Assembly (NCBI GenBank): GCA_965649825.1
Contig: OZ287707.1
Location: forward strand, 62,001 to 126,000
Length of the DNA: 64,000 nucleotides
Origin: Penicillus capitatus
Taxonomy: Eukaryota; Plantae; Chlorophyta
Direction of reading: 5' to 3'
Under the pieces are notes generated by a model. That model was not told the DNA's origin. It searched no databases and saw only the letters and a program-made list of their open reading frames with translations. The translations under genes were made by a program, and so were the position numbers. Positions 58,052 to 64,000 of this stretch are shown piece after piece. The number at the start of each line of letters is the position of its first letter. Position 1 is the stretch's first letter.

Positions 58052-60255
58052 CTAAGATGTCTCCACTCGACGAAGAGCGAGAATGTATGCGCTCTCAGAC
58101 GGGCCAACGGGCTGCCCAATGGGATGCACCATTTCATCGTTCATCATGTACCTAATAACGACAACTGACACATCTGAATGGAATGCTCTCCAGAAGACAT
58201 AGGACGCACCAACTATCTCTGTCCATGTTTTTCACCCTGGCAGTGTAGTGCCCGAAGTTCACACTTCCAGAGTGGTCCACAATGCTGACGAGTTCATAGT
58301 CGACATGACTTTCAGTGAAGGCATCTGCCTGGAAAGGGGCATTCGTATGAAGACGGCCCCGACTGTCCGAAGCTGCTTGCTTACTGTTGGGCTCAGAATA
58401 TCGCGGAGACAGATGTTTTCGAGCGGCAGACGGACGGGGACGGTGTTTTTCCACGAACGAAAGGATGAAAACCTGCTCTTGCTGGAGCCAAAACGTTTGA
58501 GACAGACAATCAGTATTCTTGGCAGTCGCGACAGGCGCAGTTGCTGTACAGCCTGGACAAATTCCTTGCATTTTGGACACTGCCAAACATTCTCCTTGTC
58601 CAGCATCTCTGCACCAGTGAAATCTTGCAGGCACGCCTAAGTACAGTCAGCACCTCAGTTTGCACCTCTCCCTCGTCACCCTACTTCGAGATCGACAGCT
58701 GTCTCTGGCAACGGGACTTCTAACGAAGTCAAATATCCAAATCTATGTGCTTGATGCTTGCAAGCTGGACACGTGACTTGGTTATGCAATTGAAATCCAA
58801 AGATATCATCTATCTCTGAATCATTCCACTGTTTACTGTACTTCCACTCTTCTCTCGCTTGCAGAAGAATATTATCACGATCTTCCAGCTCGATATACTC
58901 AGGCTTTGATAAATTGCGATTGCAGTCTTCCTGTCCATCCAGGATGTGACGTACGGCCTCCATGGACAGATCGTATGGCACGTACTTGGAGTACAGAGAT
59001 GATTTGTGTCAAGAATTCGTGGGCGTCTTCTTGGCCATACCCTGCCCATTTGCGATCGAGGAGGCCTAACCGTTTTCTCAAGGCAACGATATCGACGACG
59101 GTATTCTCCTTGGCACAGGACACCTCGTGCAATAGCCGACTTAATTCAGCAGCGATTTTCGAACTCCTGTTCGACACCTAAAGCGCAGACCCACAGCTGT
59201 CATCCATCAACGAAGCAGTACCCTTCTGTACCTCGCCCTCCCTTAGGCAGTTTGTGAATCCGGGGATGGCGTTTAGGAACTGAATCACCGAGTTCTGATA
59301 ACACGAGTTCCCAATGTTCCGGATGCCGCATACCCCGCTGCCTCTTCGTACTGGATGATTGGAATCGTCCGTTTTCGTTGAACTGTTGGACTTTATTGAC
59401 TTCGTCGGGTTTGGACGAGAGGCGGGTGAGAGTAGGGAACCAGATAGCCTTCCAGAGAGGGAACGTTTGAGGGAACTGAGCTTCGTTGTCGATTCAGCAG
59501 CTCGCGGTACAATAGACGAAACATGACGGACAGGTTCAAACGACGATGCATTTCGAGAAGTGGCGGCGGCCCTAACAAAAGCATGAAGTTGAACAGAAGG
59601 AGCTGAGGCGCCTTGCATTTCAGAAACAATGAAATCCAACCTGCACAATACGGATGACGAAGCGGTCCGTGTCATCTCGGCGTCCGTGGCGGTTGAAGTG
59701 GACGAGCGCTTCTTCATCGGCAAACACGATGTATTCAGCCGCGCCATTCGTTTCTCGATATCTCGAATGGACGATGCATCGGATATCGAGAATCGCGGCA
59801 CTCCGATACGATAGTCTGCGCTTTCGCTGCGTCTGCGAAGCGGGCGGGAGGTGATGAGTGGTTCACGATCAACGGATTTCTCTGTCGAAAGGGACAGGTG
59901 TTCGGTACACTTTGTCGTTTTCCCGATGCCGTCTAGACGATTCGGGGCAAAATCAGACGCGTAGGTACTCCTGTACGAAACGCACATGCCGTTCATGTCC
60001 GAAGCATTGTCACTCACTTAAAGGCCGAAAGGGAATCCTGTCGCGTGGCATAGACATTCTGCCCACTGTCACGTTTGCTTGGCGTTGACCCCTAGAACGA
60101 CGTTCGATTGTTCGACAGAGATGTACCGCTGATGATGGCTGGTGATCGCTCACCGTCAATGAAGACATTGCGGAGAAATCGGAACGCTTTGGACCGAAGG
60201 AGGATGTGTATCGAGGTTCGCCCAGACTGCTCCGGCGGTTGCGCATTGTGCTCAT
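58052..60255 (-). CDS. Ubiquitin-specific protease (C19, USP2/8/21-like); start uncertain (60255 or 59996)
   Basis: Cys box GIRNIGNSCYQNSVIQFL, QEDAHEFL, WQCPKC, LPRILIVCLKRF, His box HSGSVNFGHYTA, W|YMMNDE. Confidence 0.9.
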
Positions 60256-60502
60256 TCTGTGAGCGGCGATCGTGGCGAAAGCTCGAGTATCGATCAGCGC
60301 CGGGGAGGAATGAGAGATTCGATGACCGTCAATGATTCACACGACCTCAAAGATAGCTCACGCTTTATCGCAGGCGTCTTAACAGGGCAGCAGGCAGTTC
60401 ACGGGGGCAATGTGTGTATCCCGAGGGAAAGTCGCAGCATTGGACGAATCGAACAACGAGGAGGTGATTCAGCACGAGATGGACCGCGAGGAACACGTCT
60501 TT

Positions 60503-61110
60503 TTACTTTAACTGATCCACAAGCCACGAAACGCCGATGTCCAATCCTTCGCCTTTCAGCGCGTTTGTCGGCGTAATCTGCCAAGGGTGATGCTCTATGA
60601 GATGCAGATACAGAGCATCGGCAATCTCGGCCGGCGCCAAACTGTTTGCCACGTCCTGTTTGTTGGCGAAGAAAAGAACGGGACAGTTCTTGAGATCTCT
60701 ATGGACTGAAGAGACACAGAGCCATAGGCGCCTGTGAGGACACTGTTGTTTTTGGATGCAAAGTACGTACCTAACATAAAGCAGAGTTCCTCTCGAGCGA
60801 CCGCCAGTCTCAACCGATCGCTGCTGTCGACGACGAAGACGACGGCGTCGGTCTCTTTGTAGTACTTCTCCCAAAGTCTGCGATACTTCGAGGCTCCCGA
60901 CATGTCGAATGCTTTAAACTTGATGCCGTCTCGCGCGAAGGTGTCGATCGAAAAGCCGACCGTCGGCACCACTGCGACGAGATTGCGATTTCTCGGTTTC
61001 AGGTGTTCCAGAATCGTCGTTTTGCCTGAGTTATCCAGTCCGACAACGAGAACCGTCGCATTCCTTCGATATAATCCCAATAGACTGAGCATGCGCCACA
61101 ACACATGCAT
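60503..61110 (-). CDS. ARL6: ARL6/BBS3 ciliary small GTPase, 2 exons
   Basis: VLVVGLDNSGKTTI, FDMSGASKYRRLWEKYY, VVDSSDRLRLAVAREEL, LFFANKQD, NALKGEGL. No Gly at position 2 with either ATG (61110 or 61092). Confidence 0.88.
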
Positions 61111-61328
61111 GTCGGCGACAATCAATGAAACCTGGAGATGTGTGGCTGACACACAGAAGCATCCGTCAACGCATTTTCGTGCGATTGTGCATGTCGCAAC
61201 GCCAAACGAACAGACGCTGAGAATACAGTGAACTCACGCAGAAGTTATCGTCCGGACGTGAATCCACGGCGCGATGCCGAAGAGTAAGGTGCTCTTATTC
61301 TTGCGCCTTCCCTCGATGGAGGTGACGG

Positions 61329-63286
61329 ATGAAATGTGATAAGGCAAAAGAAAAGGATGATGGACAGGGCGACAAAGCCTCACGCATTGTGGTGAGCCCT
61401 CCTCTTTGCGCTCGACGGCGCTGCGTTTTGCCTCCATTTAGTCGGTAGAAGAGAAAAGACGGCAGCAGGAGATGACGCGTGTGACGTATCGACAGAAACA
61501 AGTGCCGTCGATCGGTCTCTTCTCAAGAAGCGGCGACATCGTTCTCGTATGGCAGATGCGCGAACAGCGCTACGCACACATCAACGATATAAAAATAAAG
61601 AACCAGTGGAGAAAGATAAGACGCATGACCAAGGTGGAAGATCTCAAACGCAGTGTGGAGATTCTGGCTCAGAACCATGAACGTGATGTCGATCGCAAAG
61701 ATGCCATTGTGCAGGTCACTCGCTCTTATGCCAGAGCCTCGCGAGTCGAACGCGTTAGATCCTCGACAGAGACTTAGATGATTGCGAGGAACAGCATCAG
61801 ATGGCTCAGCGAAAGCACGCAGAGATTCTGGAACAGCTCTGTCAACTTCAAGCCTCGAAGCTCAAGGAGATGGAGACAGCCTTCGAACAGCGATGCCAAG
61901 AAATGAAGGGGCGTTTTGCTAAGTAGGGTCATTATCTGTTCGTCAGAAAGAGTCCACCCCCTAGTGTCCTTCCAGAGAAAAGGAAGAGATCATTCAGGCT
62001 CACGAACAAAGGATGAGCGAGATGAGCAATTTGATACAGGTCATGGAGAACGAATGTGCCGAAGTCGAAGGGGAAGACAGACAGGAATTCGAGTCCCAGA
62101 GAGAAGAGATAAAGAACAAGAACGCTGAGGAGTATAACGTGCTCAAGATACAACTGGAAGGAAATATCGAAGGATTGGAGCGACAATTCGATGAAGCGCA
62201 CAAATCTTACACCAATGCAACGGAACATCGCTCGAGAGCATTCGATCAGCTGTCTAAGAAAGATGCATCGGCCGCTCGAGTCGTGGAAATGCGAACAAAG
62301 AAGCTTCGACGCCTCCAGGTGAATGGACTCTCGCTCTTGGTATCTCTCCCGGTCACATCTCGAGCCATGGCAGGAGGGCTTGACACATTGGAGACAAAAG
62401 ATATCGGATACCCTTAGTGACTGGGAGGAGCGTAATCGAGCTCTGAAGCACGAGAAGGAGATGATGAGTAAACATTACAGGCGTGGATGATGTTTGTCTT
62501 TCGTTCCTGATATGTCAATGGCGTCGTCCTTTTAGAAATCTGAAGGCATCTATGGAGTCCCTTCGCAGCACGCAACATCAACGACTGAAACATCTGAGCA
62601 TTCATGCGCAGAACGCAGAAGATGTGATTGTGGAGAAGTTGAAAACGGCAGAGTCTATTCTCAAAACGTGTAAGATGAGTCGGGGCTTGGAAACAGAAAA
62701 GGAACAGATTCTGCCCTTCTGTGCCTCTCTTTCCGAACTCTATATCGAGAACGCACAAGAAACGCCTGCGGAGAATGCCACCATCGAAGAAGAAGCTTCT
62801 GAAGAAGAGCAGCAACAGCATGGAGAACAGAAGGCAGTGAAGGTACTGTCAATTGATCGACACATTCTCTGCAGTTTGTCGTTGTCTTTGGCAGTACGAT
62901 GACAGCATGTTCAAGAAGAAGGCATTGAATGAAGGAGGATCCTCATACTCAACATCGGCCATCCATCCAGACGGAACCGAAGTGGAAAGATCTGATCAAT
63001 TCAGTAACTTCTTCAAGAAATACAACACGGTTGGCGCTGCGGATGGCGATGCTGATAATGCCATAGAATGCCAACAATGCTCTTCTAGGTATTGGCGAGC
63101 ACTGCAGCCATTCAGCAAGAGAGATCCGAACTTACAGAAGAAAACAAGAAGTTACAAGCCGTTCTCAAACGGTATCTCAATGGACTGTCCGTCAATTCCG
63201 AAGTGTTGGATGATCCAACCAACAGTCTCCTCATCATCAACAACAAGATTCGGACAAAAGTCAAAGGCCAAGGACTAGAACAATGA
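61329..63286 (+). CDS. DRC2: Nexin-dynein regulatory complex subunit 2 (CCDC65/FAP250)
   Basis: [42 protein letters not shown]|[31 protein letters not shown]-like [35 protein letters not shown]. Confidence 0.85.
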
Positions 63287-63308
63287 AGTCGTGTGATGAC
63301 AGACAGTG

Positions 63309-64000
63309 TCATTCCTGTTTGTCCTTTGACTTCTTCCTCGCCGCCTCCTCGAACGCCCTCGCCACTTCTTCCGGATCCGACACGACGCTGATCTTCGGCA
63401 GCTTCGGCTCAATGTCAACTGGTTTGATCACCGTCTCGTTGTTGACGGAATCTGGATCGATCATGAGTTTGATCGTCAATCCACTCAGTCCCAAAAAATT
63501 CATTCCAAATACAAAGGTAAAGAGATAAAAGAATCCGCGGATGATGGTTCGCACAGTGATGGCAATGTTGTGCGCTGTGTACTGTTCCGGAAGGGGACTG
63601 GACAGAATCAGCGTATCCAGTTTCTTGGTAAAGATGAACAGGCCCAAGCCCAGAACTCCAGACTGCACGACACCGATCAGTCCATCGACCGCCGTGAGCT
63701 TCCTCTTCGATGGCGCATTTGTTTGCTGCTGTCCAGTGGCCTTGTCTCTCCCTTTGGATCCAAGAAAGGGCAGAGAACTATCTGCAATTCTCTGCCCTTT
63801 GAATCGCTCTGCTCTTCTGGTTAAGACTCGATAGAGGAAGTAGGATAGGAGCAGGACGTAACCCCCTCCTGCGGCATTGACCAAAAACGCGCTGCCTGCT
63901 GAAGGATTGTAAATGATGGTCTCTGCGCTGATGGCATCGGCTGGGAAGAGCATGGAAGTGAGGACCAGACTGGCATTGAGTTCCCATGCACTCAACACGG
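63309..64000 (-). CDS. DUF3082-like putative plastid membrane protein; 5' end beyond the window
   Basis: PLPEQYTAHNIAITVRTIIRGFFYLFTFVFGMNFLGL plus additional hydrophobic segments. Confidence 0.65.
   Translation of the reverse strand, partial: VLSAWELNASLVLTSMLFPADAISAETIIYNPSAGSAFLVNAAGGGYVLLLSYFLYRVLTRRAERFKGQRIADSSLPFLGSKGRDKATGQQQTNAPSKRKLTAVDGLIGVVQSGVLGLGLFIFTKKLDTLILSSPLPEQYTAHNIAITVRTIIRGFFYLFTFVFGMNFLGLSGLTIKLMIDPDSVNNETVIKPVDIEPKLPKISVVSDPEEVARAFEEAARKKSKDKQE

Noticed and set aside
1-64000. Fragmented ORFs as pseudogenes or frameshifts
   Set aside because: Conserved frames are restored by short GT-AG or GC-AG introns in the genes I traced.
1-64000. Non-standard code (TAA/TAG read as Gln, as in some ulvophytes)
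   Set aside because: TAG and TAA end proteins at conserved C-termini (RPS16 SYR-TAG, LHCII TAA), and no in-frame TAR occurs in the conserved exons I traced.
1-64000. tRNA, rRNA, CRISPR array or transposon
   Set aside because: No cloverleaf around TTCGAATC-like words (e.g. about 55250), no rRNA signatures, no regular repeat-spacer array, and no transposase/RT motifs or terminal repeats seen.

Overview
This is eukaryotic nuclear DNA from a very compact green alga (chlorophyte). The evidence is an LHCII gene, a non-heme beta-carotene hydroxylase, TGTAA poly(A)-type signals and flagellar genes (DRC2, ARL6); I cannot assign the species. I can support about 37 protein-coding genes, a few of them uncharacterised and low confidence. 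Most are broken by short (about 42-70 nt) spliceosomal introns, so the ORF track shows exon fragments; all gene models here were spliced by hand and remain predictions. Genes are packed head-to-head and tail-to-tail with gaps that are often under 150 nt. I found no rRNA, tRNA, CRISPR array or transposon. Best candidate for an undescribed system: an intron-containing, apparently organelle-targeted RavA (MoxR AAA+) and ViaA (VWA) pair, transcribed divergently from an 80-nt or shorter shared region (3478-7973). Other highlights: an inner-arm dynein heavy-chain tail gene with no room for a motor domain; a C/D-box snoRNA candidate in the long RPL17 intron; a SHOCT-like/ADF-cofilin fusion; a signal-peptide, Cys-capped ankyrin protein; candidate poison-exon introns in an SR gene and a TAG lipase; and repeated GC-AG introns.
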